From the NCBI GenBank assembly GCA_902615745.1, contig CACMQB010000001.1, positions 26,349 through 90,348 on the forward strand: DNA of 64,000 nucleotides, read 5' to 3'. Origin of the DNA: an uncultured Alphaproteobacteria bacterium (lineage in GTDB: Bacteria; Pseudomonadota; Alphaproteobacteria; HIMB59; GCA-002718135). Numbering within the stretch: position 1 is the stretch's first letter; each line of letters begins with the position of its first letter. Both the position numbers and the translations under genes were made by a program. The notes under the pieces were generated by a model. The model was not told the origin of the DNA. It searched no databases and saw nothing but the letters and a program-made list of their open reading frames with translations. Below, piece after piece: positions 51,290 through 61,783 of the stretch.

Positions 51290-51989
51290 TTAAATTTGCG
51301 GTACAAAAATAATTGATCATATAGTTTTTTGATAATTTCCATTCCATATTTAATGGATTATAAACAAGACCTTTAATATTTTTAAAATGAAAATTTTCTT
51401 TTGATAAAGTTTGTTTTAATTCTTTAGGTTTAATCAATTTATTATAATCATGTGTTCCTTTTGGTATCCAATGAAGGATATTTTCAGCTATATTGATTGC
51501 AAAAAATTTAGAAAGTAAGTTCCTATTAATTGTAGAAATTATAATTATACCATTTTTATTTAAATTTTTTTTAATTTTTTTAATAGTTTTTTTCCAATTA
51601 TCTAAATGTTCTAAAACTTCAAACATTAATATTATATCAAATTTTTCATCTAATTTTGTTTTTTCAATATCTTTATAAATATAGTTGATTTTTAATTTAT
51701 TTTTTTTGCTATGTATTTTAGCAACTTTGATATTATTTGGAGAAAAATCTACACCTGTAACCTTAGCGCCTAATCTTGCTAATGGCTCACAAATTATTCC
51801 TCCACCACAACCTACATCAAGTATTTTCATATTTTTAATGTTCCTATTATTAATTTGATCCAAGATATAAGTCATTCTATGTTGTTTGATTTGATGAAGA
51901 ATCTTAAATTTACCATTATCATTCCACCATTCATCTGAAAGTTGATTAAACAGGGCAAATTCTTCATTTTTTGATTTTATATTCATCAT
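51282..51989 (-). CDS. ubiG: Ubiquinone biosynthesis O-methyltransferase
   Basis: 235 aa. Motifs WW...G.F..LH..N..R and ILDVGCGGGI.CEPLARLGA.VTGVD, plus EVLEH. Confidence 0.88.
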   Translation of the reverse strand: MMNIKSKNEEFALFNQLSDEWWNDNGKFKILHQIKQHRMTYILDQINNRNIKNMKILDVGCGGGIICEPLARLGAKVTGVDFSPNNIKVAKIHSKKNKLKINYIYKDIEKTKLDEKFDIILMFEVLEHLDNWKKTIKKIKKNLNKNGIIIISTINRNLLSKFFAINIAENILHWIPKGTHDYNKLIKPKELKQTLSKENFHFKNIKGLVYNPLNMEWKLSKNYMINYFCTANLIN

Positions 51990-52052
51990 ATATCTTGTCT
52001 GTTAGAAACAATAATTATAATAGCTCAATTAATTTAATAAATATTTAAGTCA

Positions 52053-53264
52053 ATGAAACTTGTAGTAATGAAATTTGGCGGTACTTCAGTTGGCAGTATC
52101 GATAAAATCAATAATGTTGCAAACATTGTTGAAAAGCATTTAAATGATAAAAAATTGATTGTTGTTTTATCAGCAATGTCAGGCGTAACAAACAAAATGC
52201 AAGAATATATAGATGAAATTGATTCAAATGAAATTATTGAAAATGATCTAATTTTAACCTCTGGTGAAGCTGTTACAGTGGGAATTCTTTCAGCTATATT
52301 AAAAAAAAGAAATATTAAGTCCATTCCATTGCTTGGATGGCAAATACCAATTTTAACAGACAGTAATCATCAAAAAGCTAAAATCTTAAATATTGATAAA
52401 GGTAGAATTGATGAATATCTAAAAAATTATGATGTTATAGTTGTTGCTGGATTTCAAGGTATCGATATAGATGGAAATATTACATCGTTAGGTAGAGGAG
52501 GCTCTGACACAACTGCTGTTGCTATCGCTACAGCTGTTGATGCTGATAGATGTGATATTTACACTGATGTTGAAGGTGTTTATACAACTGACCCAAATCT
52601 AGAACCCAAAGCTAGAAAGATTAATAAATTAGCATTCGAAGAAATGTTGGAAATGTCATCTACTGGAGCTAAAGTACTTCATACTCGTTCTGTTGAATTA
52701 GCAATGAAAAATAATCTTACCTTACAAGTACTTTCTTCAATAACAAAACAAAGTGGAACTTTCGTTGTAGATGAAAATAAACTAATTGAAAAAGAAATTG
52801 TAAGCGGAGTAAGCTATAGTAATAATGAATCAAAACTAACCTTATCTGGTATAGCCGATAAACCTGGTATATCTGCAACAATTTTCGGATTGTTAGCTAA
52901 TAATAATATTAACGTCGATATGATTGTGCAAAATACTTCACAAGATGGTGTAACTGCGAATATCACTTTTACTGTTCCAAACAGTGAAATTCATAATGCT
53001 AAACAATTAATAGAAGAAAATAAAAATCTGATTGATTTTAAATCTATTGAAACCAATACCAGTATTTCTAAAATTTCAGTAATTGGTATGGGAATGATGT
53101 CTCAATCTGGAGTAGCAAAAAAAATGTTTACAACATTAGCAGGTAATTCAATTAATATATTAGCTATCTCTACATCAGAAATAAAGATAAGTGTCTTAAT
53201 TGATAAAAAATTTACAAAAATTGCTGTTAAATCTCTTCATGATGCATATAATCTAGGTAGTTAA
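52053..53264 (+). CDS. lysC: Aspartate kinase
   Basis: 403 aa. Motifs VMKFGGTSV, GRGGSDT, and tandem C-terminal ACT domains. Confidence 0.95.
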   Translation: MKLVVMKFGGTSVGSIDKINNVANIVEKHLNDKKLIVVLSAMSGVTNKMQEYIDEIDSNEIIENDLILTSGEAVTVGILSAILKKRNIKSIPLLGWQIPILTDSNHQKAKILNIDKGRIDEYLKNYDVIVVAGFQGIDIDGNITSLGRGGSDTTAVAIATAVDADRCDIYTDVEGVYTTDPNLEPKARKINKLAFEEMLEMSSTGAKVLHTRSVELAMKNNLTLQVLSSITKQSGTFVVDENKLIEKEIVSGVSYSNNESKLTLSGIADKPGISATIFGLLANNNINVDMIVQNTSQDGVTANITFTVPNSEIHNAKQLIEENKNLIDFKSIETNTSISKISVIGMGMMSQSGVAKKMFTTLAGNSINILAISTSEIKISVLIDKKFTKIAVKSLHDAYNLGS

Positions 53265-54050
53265 ATGAAAACTGTAGGTCAAATTCTATCAATTGAAAGA
53301 AACTCTAAAAACCTTTCAATTAGTGATATAGCAATTGAGTTAAAAATTTCTAAAAGTATCATTATTGATCTTGAAAATGATAATATAAAAAACAATTCTG
53401 ATATTATTTTTAATATTGGACATCTAAGATCTTATTCAAATTTTCTTGAACTAGATACTGACACAATTATAAAAAAATTTAAAGATGAAATATCATTTAA
53501 TATGAAGGAAGAGAAAAAGAATATTACCCCAATAGTAGAAAACAATTTTTTTAAAGTAGAAAAATTTTTTGCTGCTTCTATAATCCTGATTATATTTACT
53601 TCATTTTACTTTTTGTTCATTAATGAAAATAATAATGAAATTAACTTTGCTTTAGTTCCAGATATACCTGAAAGTTTAGAACCTATAGTTGAAAAAGCTA
53701 ATACTTTTAATAATATATCTCAAACTACTGATATTAAAAAAAATGATTTGGTAAATAATTCTAGTGCTATAGCATCTATAGAATTTGATGAAGCTGTAAC
53801 TATAGTTGCTACATTAAAAATGTTAAATCCAACATGGCTTCAATTAAGAGATGAAGAGAATAATATTGTTTTAAGCAAGCTAATGGATAAAGACGAAGAG
53901 TTTTCATATGAATTAAAATTGAATTACAATATTACTGCAGGAAATGCTGGCAATATATTAGTGCTTATAGATGATGAAGTAAGAGGAAAGATAGGTAAAT
54001 ACGGTGATATTTTAGATTCTTTTGTTTTATATAAAGATTTTACAAACTAA
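53265..54050 (+). CDS. rodZ: RodZ-like protein (N-terminal XRE-type HTH, one TM helix, C-terminal DUF4115-like domain)
   Basis: 261 aa. Has an HTH (LSISDIAIELKISKSIIIDLEN) and a TM helix (FFAASIILIIFTSFYFLFI). Its position directly upstream of ispG-hisS matches the rodZ-ispG-hisS order known from E. coli. Confidence 0.65.
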   Translation: MKTVGQILSIERNSKNLSISDIAIELKISKSIIIDLENDNIKNNSDIIFNIGHLRSYSNFLELDTDTIIKKFKDEISFNMKEEKKNITPIVENNFFKVEKFFAASIILIIFTSFYFLFINENNNEINFALVPDIPESLEPIVEKANTFNNISQTTDIKKNDLVNNSSAIASIEFDEAVTIVATLKMLNPTWLQLRDEENNIVLSKLMDKDEEFSYELKLNYNITAGNAGNILVLIDDEVRGKIGKYGDILDSFVLYKDFTN

Positions 54051-54054
54051 ATAG

Positions 54055-55152
54055 ATGCTAAGACCGTATCAAAAGATTAATAGAAGAAAATCGCGTGTTA
54101 TTAAAGTTGGAAATGTAAGTATTGGTGGAAATAATCAAATTGCAGTTCAAACAATGACAAATACTCTTACCTCAAATGCAAAAGATACTATTGCTCAAAT
54201 AGAAAGATCTGCAAAACTTGGAGCTGATTTAGTTCGAGTCTCTGTTCCAGATAAAGAATCCTCACATTCTTTAAAAGAAATTGTTAAACATAGCTCTGTA
54301 CCCATTATTGCAGATATACATTTTCATTATAAAAGAGGAATTGAGGCAGCAAATAATGGAGCATCTTGTATTAGAATAAATCCTGGAAATATTGGCAGCA
54401 TTGATAGAATAAAAGAAGTTATAAAAGCTGCAAAAGATAATAATTGCTCAATTAGAGTAGGTGTTAATGCGGGAAGTTTAGAAAAACAAATTTTAGAAAA
54501 ATTTTCAGAACCTAATCCAGAAGCTTTAGTTGAAAGTGCAAAATTAAATATCAAGATACTTGAAGATAATGATTTCACTAATTTTAAAATCAGTGTGAAA
54601 TCTTCAGATATTTTTATGTCTATAAAAGCATATGAGCAATTAGCTGAATTATGTGATTATCCATTGCATTTAGGCATTACTGAAGCAGGAGGGAAGAGAA
54701 CAGGTTCAATTAAATCTTCTATTGGAATAGGAAATTTACTTTTGAGAGGTATAGGAGATACAATCAGAATATCACTGTCAGATGAGCCTGAAGAAGAGGT
54801 AAGAGTAGGATTTGAAATCTTAAAAAGTTTAGGACTAAGGAATAGAGGTGTAAAAATTATATCATGTCCTTCATGTGCTAGACAACAATTTGAAGTTATA
54901 AAAACTGTAAAAAATTTAGAAAAAAAATTAGATGATATTGCTACGCCTATAACTGTTTCAATAATTGGATGTGTAGTTAATGGTCCAGGTGAAGCAACTA
55001 TGACAAATATTGGAATAACTGGCGGTGGTAACGATACACATATGATTTATCTTGATGGTAAAAAAAATAATATTGTAAAAAATGTTGATTTAGAAAGCTA
55101 TCTTGAAGATCTTATTAGAAAAAAAACAAAAGAAATAGAACTTAGTAATTAG
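54055..55152 (+). CDS. ispG: 4-hydroxy-3-methylbut-2-en-1-yl diphosphate synthase
   Basis: 365 aa. Motifs VQ.MTNT, R....D, and RINPGN. The [4Fe-4S] cysteines are present ([16 protein letters not shown]). Confidence 0.95.
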   Translation: MLRPYQKINRRKSRVIKVGNVSIGGNNQIAVQTMTNTLTSNAKDTIAQIERSAKLGADLVRVSVPDKESSHSLKEIVKHSSVPIIADIHFHYKRGIEAANNGASCIRINPGNIGSIDRIKEVIKAAKDNNCSIRVGVNAGSLEKQILEKFSEPNPEALVESAKLNIKILEDNDFTNFKISVKSSDIFMSIKAYEQLAELCDYPLHLGITEAGGKRTGSIKSSIGIGNLLLRGIGDTIRISLSDEPEEEVRVGFEILKSLGLRNRGVKIISCPSCARQQFEVIKTVKNLEKKLDDIATPITVSIIGCVVNGPGEATMTNIGITGGGNDTHMIYLDGKKNNIVKNVDLESYLEDLIRKKTKEIELSN

Positions 55153-56397
55153 ATGAAATTAAGATCAGTAAGAGGAACGCATGATATTTTTGGAGCAGAA
55201 ATAGAAAAATTTAATAATATTTCTGAAGTTGTATCTAAAAATGCTAATTTAAAAGAATTTAAAGAAATACAGACACCAATTTTTGAGTTTAGTGATTTAT
55301 TTGCAAAACCTCTTGGAGAGCAGTCTGATGTTGTATTGAAGGAAATGTATTCATTTGAAGATCGAAATAACGAATTTTTAACACTACGTCCTGAATATAC
55401 CACTCCTATGATAAGAGCTGCAATTACTAATAATCTCTTGAATGATCTTCCATTAAAAATTTTTGGTATTGGTCCAATGTTTAGAAGAGAAAGACCACAA
55501 AAAGGTCGATATAGACAATTTAATCAGATAAATTTTGAAATACTTGGTACCAAAGATTTTCTTGCAGATGTTGAATTAATATTACTCTCTAATAATATTT
55601 TAAAAGAACTTCTGCCTAATTCAAATATAAGACTTCAAATTAATTCTTTAGGAGATAAAAAAACCTTAATTGATTTTAAAAAAAGTCTTACAAAATATTT
55701 TAACACTCATAAAAAAAAACTATCAGAAGAAAGTATTAATAAAATTGACACCAACCCATTAAGAATATTAGATTCAAAAAATGAGGAAGATGTAGAAATT
55801 GCATTATCTTCACCTAAAATATACGAATACTTAACTGATGAAGCAAAAAAACACTACGAGGATCTCAAAAGATCATTAAGTATACTAGATATTAATTTTG
55901 AAGAAAACGTTAATCTCGTTAGAGGTCTTGATTACTATTGTAATACAGTGTTCGAATACAAATCAGATAATTTAGGAAGTCAAGACACGTTATTAGGTGG
56001 AGGAAGATATGACGGTTTAATAAAAGTATTAGGAGGGCCAGATATATCCGGTATTGGATGGGCTGCAGGTATTGAAAGAATTGCATTATTAATGGAGTCT
56101 GAAAAAAAAATAAGCTCAACTATTCACATTGCAGTAACAAATCAAAAATTTACAGATTATTTTCTTTATCTGCAGAAATATTTATCTGAAAATAGAATTT
56201 CATATTACTGGAATTATAAATACAATTTAAAAAAATCATTTACAAAAGCTAATACGTCTTCAGCATCACATATAATTATAATTGGAGAAAATGAGTTTAA
56301 TGGTAATTATTTTACTATTAAAAATTTAATGACTGGTGAACAAAAAGAATTAAAGCTTAATGAAATATTTAATCATTTGAATGATAAATCTAGATAA
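55153..56397 (+). CDS. hisS: Histidyl-tRNA synthetase
   Basis: 414 aa. Class II motifs are present ([31 protein letters not shown]). Confidence 0.93.
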   Translation: MKLRSVRGTHDIFGAEIEKFNNISEVVSKNANLKEFKEIQTPIFEFSDLFAKPLGEQSDVVLKEMYSFEDRNNEFLTLRPEYTTPMIRAAITNNLLNDLPLKIFGIGPMFRRERPQKGRYRQFNQINFEILGTKDFLADVELILLSNNILKELLPNSNIRLQINSLGDKKTLIDFKKSLTKYFNTHKKKLSEESINKIDTNPLRILDSKNEEDVEIALSSPKIYEYLTDEAKKHYEDLKRSLSILDINFEENVNLVRGLDYYCNTVFEYKSDNLGSQDTLLGGGRYDGLIKVLGGPDISGIGWAAGIERIALLMESEKKISSTIHIAVTNQKFTDYFLYLQKYLSENRISYYWNYKYNLKKSFTKANTSSASHIIIIGENEFNGNYFTIKNLMTGEQKELKLNEIFNHLNDKSR

Positions 56398-57457
56398 ACA
56401 ATTTTCAATAATTTTAGAAAAATTTAAAATAATTGAAAATTCATTAAACAATATGAATAATATTGATTCAAATGAATTAATTAAATTAAATAGAGAATAT
56501 TCCGAGCTTCGACCAATTGTAGAAAAAATTCAAGAATATAATGATTTACAAAAAGATATATTAAATCTTAATGAGTTAGTAAAAGATAATGATTTAGAAA
56601 TTAGTAAAATAGCTGAATCAGAACTTATTGAAAAAAAAAATCTAATCAAAGATCTTGAACAAGAATTATTAAAATTACTAATACCAAAAGATGAAAATGA
56701 TTCTAAGAATTCAATTTTAGAAATTAGAGCCGGTACTGGGGGTGATGAAGCGTCACTCTTTGCTTCTGATTTATTAAATATGTATCAGAGATATGCTGAT
56801 TTAAATTCATGGAAATTTGATATTTTATCAATATCAGAAACAGGTTTGAAAGGTGTAAAAGAGGCTATTTGTAATATTTCAGGATTAAATGTTTTTTCAA
56901 AATTAAAATTTGAATCTGGTGTTCACAGAGTGCAAAGAGTTCCAACTACAGAAAGTAGTGGAAGAGTACATACATCAGCTGCAACAGTAGCTGTTTTACC
57001 TGAAGCAGAAGAAGTCGATATTGAAGTTCTTGATAAAGATTTAAGAATTGATGTTTTCAGATCAAGTGGACCAGGAGGGCAATCTGTTAATACCACCGAT
57101 AGTGCAGTAAGAATTACACATTTACCAACTGGAATTGTAGTTTCACAGCAAGATGAAAAATCTCAACATAAAAATAAAGCAAAGGCTTTAAAAATTTTAC
57201 GATCAAGATTGCTAGACAATCAACTTCAAGAAAAAAATAAAGAAAGATCTGAACAAAGAAAAAACCAAGTTGGTTCTGGAGATAGATCTGAAAGAATAAG
57301 AACATATAATTTTCCCCAAGGAAGAGTTTCTGATCATAGAATAAATCTTACATTATATAATTTATCAGAAATACTTGAGGGTAACATAGATGAGTTGATA
57401 AATCCTTTAATTGCTGAAGAAGAGAGTACAAAGTTAGCAAATATGAAAAATGAATAA
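56381..57457 (+). CDS. prfA: Peptide chain release factor 1
   Basis: 358 aa. Has the GGQ motif (SGPGGQSVN), a PxT-type tripeptide region (RVPTTES), and AGTGGDEA. Confidence 0.96.
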   Translation: MINLDKQFSIILEKFKIIENSLNNMNNIDSNELIKLNREYSELRPIVEKIQEYNDLQKDILNLNELVKDNDLEISKIAESELIEKKNLIKDLEQELLKLLIPKDENDSKNSILEIRAGTGGDEASLFASDLLNMYQRYADLNSWKFDILSISETGLKGVKEAICNISGLNVFSKLKFESGVHRVQRVPTTESSGRVHTSAATVAVLPEAEEVDIEVLDKDLRIDVFRSSGPGGQSVNTTDSAVRITHLPTGIVVSQQDEKSQHKNKAKALKILRSRLLDNQLQEKNKERSEQRKNQVGSGDRSERIRTYNFPQGRVSDHRINLTLYNLSEILEGNIDELINPLIAEEESTKLANMKNE

Positions 57458-58280
57458 TTTAATTGAAGAGAGTTTAAAAAAATTAAAACAAAAAAATATA
57501 AATAATCCAGAACTAGATATTAGAATTTTGCTTAAATATGCTTCAAAAAAAAAAAATGAAATTGTTTTAAGTAATCTAAATATAGATAATATTGATATTG
57601 TTAAATTTAAATCTTACCTTCAAAAAAGAATTAATAGACAACCAATAGCTAAAATTATTAACAATAAATCTTTTTGGAAAAATGATTTTTATGTAAATAA
57701 TTATGTTTTAGATCCACGTCCTGAAACAGAATTAATAATTGAGGAAGCACTAAAAATTTATAGAAACAAAAACCTTAAATTAAAAATATTAGATATTGGT
57801 ACTGGATCAGGCTGTATTGCAATTTCACTAGCAAAGGAATTTAAAAATGCATCTATTACAGCTATAGATATATCTAAAGAAGCATTAGAAGTTGCAGAAA
57901 TAAACTTAAAAATACATAATTGTGATAATCAAATCCAACTTAAGATGATTGATTTTAAAAATATTAGTTCCAAGTTTGATTTGATTGTATCTAATCCACC
58001 ATATCTAACAAACGAACAGTTTAATAATGCAGATCCAGAAGTAAAAAATTTTGAGCCTAAATTGGCTCTAGTTGGAGGAGATGATGGGTTGAAATTTTTC
58101 AGAGAATATTCAAATAATCTAAAAAATTTAATGAATAAAAATGCTCATTTTATATGTGAAATTGGTAATAAACAGAAACAAGATTGTAAAGAAATATTTG
58201 AAAATTCTGGATTATATTTGAATAAAATAATTAATGATCTTCAAGGAATCGAAAGAATCCTTAGTTTTTCAAAGATATAA
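57450..58280 (+). CDS. prmC: Release factor glutamine N5-methyltransferase
   Basis: 276 aa. SAM site [16 protein letters not shown] and the catalytic NPPY. It lies directly downstream of prfA. Confidence 0.9.
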   Translation: MNNLIEESLKKLKQKNINNPELDIRILLKYASKKKNEIVLSNLNIDNIDIVKFKSYLQKRINRQPIAKIINNKSFWKNDFYVNNYVLDPRPETELIIEEALKIYRNKNLKLKILDIGTGSGCIAISLAKEFKNASITAIDISKEALEVAEINLKIHNCDNQIQLKMIDFKNISSKFDLIVSNPPYLTNEQFNNADPEVKNFEPKLALVGGDDGLKFFREYSNNLKNLMNKNAHFICEIGNKQKQDCKEIFENSGLYLNKIINDLQGIERILSFSKI

Positions 58281-58357
58281 GTTGAAAAAAATCAAATGAA
58301 CTGTATAGGTAAGAAAAAAGATTAATAATTTATTTAAATTCTTAATTTCCAAACAGT

Positions 58358-58771
58358 ATGTATAAAAAAAACGGTAGAACCGCTTATAAGAGTAATAGAA
58401 GAACCAGTTTTAAGAAACCTGGTGGATACAAAAATTTCAATAATAGAAATAGAGGAAATGTATCTCAGCAATATAACAAGTACTTAAAACTAGCTAAAGA
58501 AGCATCAAGATCAGGTGATAGAATTCAATCTGAATACTATTATCAGTTTACTGATCACTACTATAGAATAATGGTTGAGCTAGGTATTAATATTGAAGAT
58601 AATACAAGTTTTGATGATCAAAAACAAAGTACTTTAAGTGAAGAAAGTTCTAATAATCAAACTGAAACAATAGAAATAAATGATAATGATAAAGTAGAAA
58701 ATGATTCAATCGAATCTATTTCATTTATAGCTGAACCATCTAAAGAAAAAAGAACAAGATCAACAAAGTAA
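58358..58771 (+). CDS. DUF4167 domain protein
   Basis: 137 aa. Basic N-terminus, then Y.KYL.LA.EA...GDR...E.YYQ..(D/E)HY.R, as in the alphaproteobacterial DUF4167 family commonly found near prmC. Confidence 0.72.
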   Translation: MYKKNGRTAYKSNRRTSFKKPGGYKNFNNRNRGNVSQQYNKYLKLAKEASRSGDRIQSEYYYQFTDHYYRIMVELGINIEDNTSFDDQKQSTLSEESSNNQTETIEINDNDKVENDSIESISFIAEPSKEKRTRSTK

Positions 58772-60064
58772 TTATTCGTATAACATGCTCAAATGATCAG
58801 CATATATTACTTTATACTCCTCTTTGAATTTTTCTAATTCTTTACCCTCTAGTATTTTTCCAGAAGGAAGTTTTAGATTTAACGGATTAATATGTTTATT
58901 TTGATAAATAATTTCATAATGAAGATGTGGTCCTGTAGAATTTCCTGTACTACCTACATAGCCTATAACTTCACCTTGGTTAACTCTTACCCCTTTAGAA
59001 ATACCTTTTTTGTAATTTGATAAATGTGCATAGGCTGTTTTATATCCGTTATTATGTCTTATACGAATATATTTTCCATATCCTCCATTCCTTCCAACGT
59101 ATTCAACAATCCCATTTCCTCCGGCATAAATAGGTGTTCCTGTAGGTGCAGCAAAATCTACACCTTTATGCATTTTATTGAAACCTGAGATAGGATGTTT
59201 ACGCATACCAAAATTTGATGAAATTCTTGCACCATCTAAGGGTGTTTTTAAAATCGATTTTTTAACATTTTTTCCTTCTCTATTAAAATAATCAACGTAT
59301 CCATCATCTGTAATAAACTTAAAATATTCTAACTGTTTTCCATCAATTATTATCGAAGCATATTTAATATCGTTATATTCTAATTTACCAGTTTCAACTA
59401 TTTCATCAAATTCATAAGATATTGAAACTACCGTATCCACTCTAATATCTCTTTGAAAATCGAGATCAAAACTAAAAAGACTGATAATTTTAACTAAAAT
59501 ATCTGATGATACACCACTATTAATACCATCTGAAAATAATGATTCTGTAATTGTATATTCTTTCGATTCAATAAATGAATCTCTAGTTAATTCTTTTATA
59601 TTTAAATTTATTTCTTTATCTAAATCAACAGAGATAATAGTCTCGCTGTTTTTAAAAAATTCAATTTTTTTTATTTCTCCTAAATTATTTTCAAACACAC
59701 TTATTATTTCTCCAGTTTTGATTTTCTTTAAATCAAAAGAGGTTTCTATTTTACTTATAATTTCGTAAATTTTTTTTTGTTTAAAGTTTAAATTTTCCAA
59801 AATAGAGACAAAAGTATCACCTTGTAAAATCTTAATTTTTTTCTCAAAATATTGTGCTTTATTAATATTTTTATTAATATTAGGCGATTGTACTTTATCT
59901 TTTTTTTCTTGAATAATTTCTTTTTTGTCTTTTACTATTTCTTTTTTGACTATTTCTTTCTCTAAAATATTTTTCTCAGATAACTGAAAGTATTGAGAAA
60001 TAAATATATAATATCCTGAAGATATTAAAGAAATTAAAATTAGATATCTTAAAACTCTAAACAC
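58772..60064 (-). CDS. M23 family metallopeptidase (membrane-anchored)
   Basis: 430 aa. N-terminal TM helix. The C-terminal LytM domain has HKGVDFAAP.GTP and GNSTGPHLHYE. Confidence 0.88.
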   Translation of the reverse strand: MFRVLRYLILISLISSGYYIFISQYFQLSEKNILEKEIVKKEIVKDKKEIIQEKKDKVQSPNINKNINKAQYFEKKIKILQGDTFVSILENLNFKQKKIYEIISKIETSFDLKKIKTGEIISVFENNLGEIKKIEFFKNSETIISVDLDKEINLNIKELTRDSFIESKEYTITESLFSDGINSGVSSDILVKIISLFSFDLDFQRDIRVDTVVSISYEFDEIVETGKLEYNDIKYASIIIDGKQLEYFKFITDDGYVDYFNREGKNVKKSILKTPLDGARISSNFGMRKHPISGFNKMHKGVDFAAPTGTPIYAGGNGIVEYVGRNGGYGKYIRIRHNNGYKTAYAHLSNYKKGISKGVRVNQGEVIGYVGSTGNSTGPHLHYEIIYQNKHINPLNLKLPSGKILEGKELEKFKEEYKVIYADHLSMLYE

Positions 60065-60529
60065 TTAAAAATATTTTGAATTAAAATATACAAGTGGTTT
60101 CAATTTATCATTACATTGTAGTTCTAATATCTTACATATAAATATTATGTGATCACCTTTTTTGATTTTATCTATTAGTTTACATTCAAGATTTGCTATG
60201 CAATCTGGTATAATTGCTGTTTTATTTTTACCTTCAATAAAATTTATATTATTTAAATTTGGTGAAGTAGAAGCAAAATTATCAGATAATTTTTTTTGTT
60301 TACTAGATAAAATATTTATTGATAAAAATTTAGTTTTTGAAAACTGCTTTATTGAAGACGAGTAATTACCTAAAGAAAATAAAACCATAGGAGGGTTTAG
60401 AGATAGAGAATTAAATGAATTAACAGTTTTCCCATATATTGAATAATTATTTTTAACACATACAACAGTAATTCCTGTCGAAAACATACTAAGTGTTTTT
60501 TTAAAATTCTTAGTGTTTACTTTTTTCAT
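60065..60529 (-). CDS. Flavin reductase-like domain protein
   Basis: 154 aa. Motifs F....S.F.TG.TVV and G.TVNSF.S.SL.PP.VLFSL are typical of the Flavin_Reduct family. Confidence 0.8.
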   Translation of the reverse strand: MKKVNTKNFKKTLSMFSTGITVVCVKNNYSIYGKTVNSFNSLSLNPPMVLFSLGNYSSSIKQFSKTKFLSINILSSKQKKLSDNFASTSPNLNNINFIEGKNKTAIIPDCIANLECKLIDKIKKGDHIIFICKILELQCNDKLKPLVYFNSKYF

Positions 60530-61026
60530 AATCTTTTTTGCATATAAATTGAATCAACCCAGTTATTTTTTTTAAAACCAGCTTTTTTTATAGTTCCAAT
60601 ATATTGAAATCCGTTATTTTTATGTATTTTTATAGAAGCAAAATTATTTTTTCCACCAATCACTGCTATTAAATTTTTAATCTTTGTAATTTTTTTACAT
60701 ATTTTAACAAGTTCTTTTAATATCTTATTACCATAACCATTATTAATGTAATCTGGATCTACATAGATTGAATGTTCATATGAAAATCTATATCCACTTT
60801 TTTCCCTAAATTTATTTACAAATGCTAATCCAATAACTTCATTTTCTTCAATTGCCAAAATAAATGGCAACTTATTTTTTTTTATTTTTTTTAATAATAA
60901 ATTAAATTTTGATTTAGATAATTTTTTTTCTTCAAAATTAGAGAATGAATTTTCAATAAAATAATTATAAATATTTAGAGCTTTAGAGATTTCTTTTTCT
61001 GTAAAATTATTTTTTTTTACCTTCAT
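60526..61026 (-). CDS. GNAT family N-acetyltransferase
   Basis: 166 aa. Has the acetyl-CoA-binding region (VDPDYINNGYGNKILKEL) and GNAT topology. Confidence 0.8.
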   Translation of the reverse strand: MKVKKNNFTEKEISKALNIYNYFIENSFSNFEEKKLSKSKFNLLLKKIKKNKLPFILAIEENEVIGLAFVNKFREKSGYRFSYEHSIYVDPDYINNGYGNKILKELVKICKKITKIKNLIAVIGGKNNFASIKIHKNNGFQYIGTIKKAGFKKNNWVDSIYMQKRL

Positions 61027-61243
61027 TTATCTCCTAATTTCAATAATCAATTGTATGAATAATTCTACACTCTGAATATTATTTAATAAAAAATTGATCA
61101 ATATGTTTATAATTTAATTACTTAATTAATGATTAAAAAAGGTTAAATTAAGTAAAATTTAAAAATCTTATACAAGCTTTCAATTATTGCTTTAGCTTTA
61201 AAAGTCATTATATTTCAAAATACTATAATTAAATAAATTACTT

Positions 61244-61318
61244 GGGTGTGTAGCTCAGCGGTAGAGCACTGCCTCGACACGGCAGGGGTCACAGGTTCAA
61301 TCCCTGTCACACCCACCA
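61244..61318 (+). tRNA. tRNA-Val (anticodon GAC), genomically encoded CCA
   Basis: Hand-folded cloverleaf. The acceptor stem is GGGTGTG/CACACCC, with a D stem GCTC/GAGC. The anticodon stem CTGCC/GGCAG closes the loop TCGACAC. The variable loop is GGGTC, the T stem ACAGG/CCTGT closes the loop TTCAATC, and the discriminator is A followed by CCA. All stems are Watson-Crick. Confidence 0.88.
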
Positions 61319-61372
61319 TAGAAATTTAAATAAATATTCTTGAAATTTAATAATATGATATATTTATAATAT

Positions 61373-61783
61373 ATGTTCAAATGTTTACTAGTAGCCACTT
61401 TAATTGCTTCATTGATCTTCCTAATAATAGACGTAATTTGGTTAAGTTTTGCTACAAAATCTTTTTATAGACCTCTAATTGGTAATTTATTAGCCGACAA
61501 ACCTGTGATGTGGGCTGCTGCTCTTTTTTACATTTTATATGTGTTTGGTATGTCTTTGGTTGTAATTCAACCGTGCGTTGAATCAGGTAACTTAATGCGA
61601 ACATTATACACTGGTTTCATTTTTGGTTTGGTTGCTTACGGTACATACAACTTAACCAATATGGCTGTGCTAAAAGGATGGTCACCGACTGTCACTTTTG
61701 TAGACATGTTTTGGGGTGGTTCATTGACTGCTGTATCAGCTACATCTGGATTATATTTAGCAAAAAAAATAGTTCATATTTAA
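61373..61783 (+). CDS. DUF2177 family membrane protein
   Basis: 136 aa with 4 TM helices. The N-terminus (D..WL......FYR..IG.LL) and overall size match DUF2177. Confidence 0.72.
   Translation: MFKCLLVATLIASLIFLIIDVIWLSFATKSFYRPLIGNLLADKPVMWAAALFYILYVFGMSLVVIQPCVESGNLMRTLYTGFIFGLVAYGTYNLTNMAVLKGWSPTVTFVDMFWGGSLTAVSATSGLYLAKKIVHI

Noticed and set aside
61100-61170. An AT-only imperfect palindrome in the long intergenic region, considered as a small RNA, a terminator or an origin-like element.
   Set aside because: The arms are imperfect and composed only of A/T. Such pseudo-symmetry is expected by chance in DNA of less than 15% G+C. There is no flanking conserved box or DnaA-box-like motif that I can recognise.
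61373-61783. Elevated G+C in the DUF2177 gene next to the tRNA, considered as evidence of horizontal acquisition or a tRNA-linked islet.
   Set aside because: Other conserved membrane proteins in the window (for example pntB) reach a similar local G+C. Third codon positions in this gene are still mostly A/T. There is no integrase, att-like repeat or other mobile-element gene. I kept it only as a low-interest finding.
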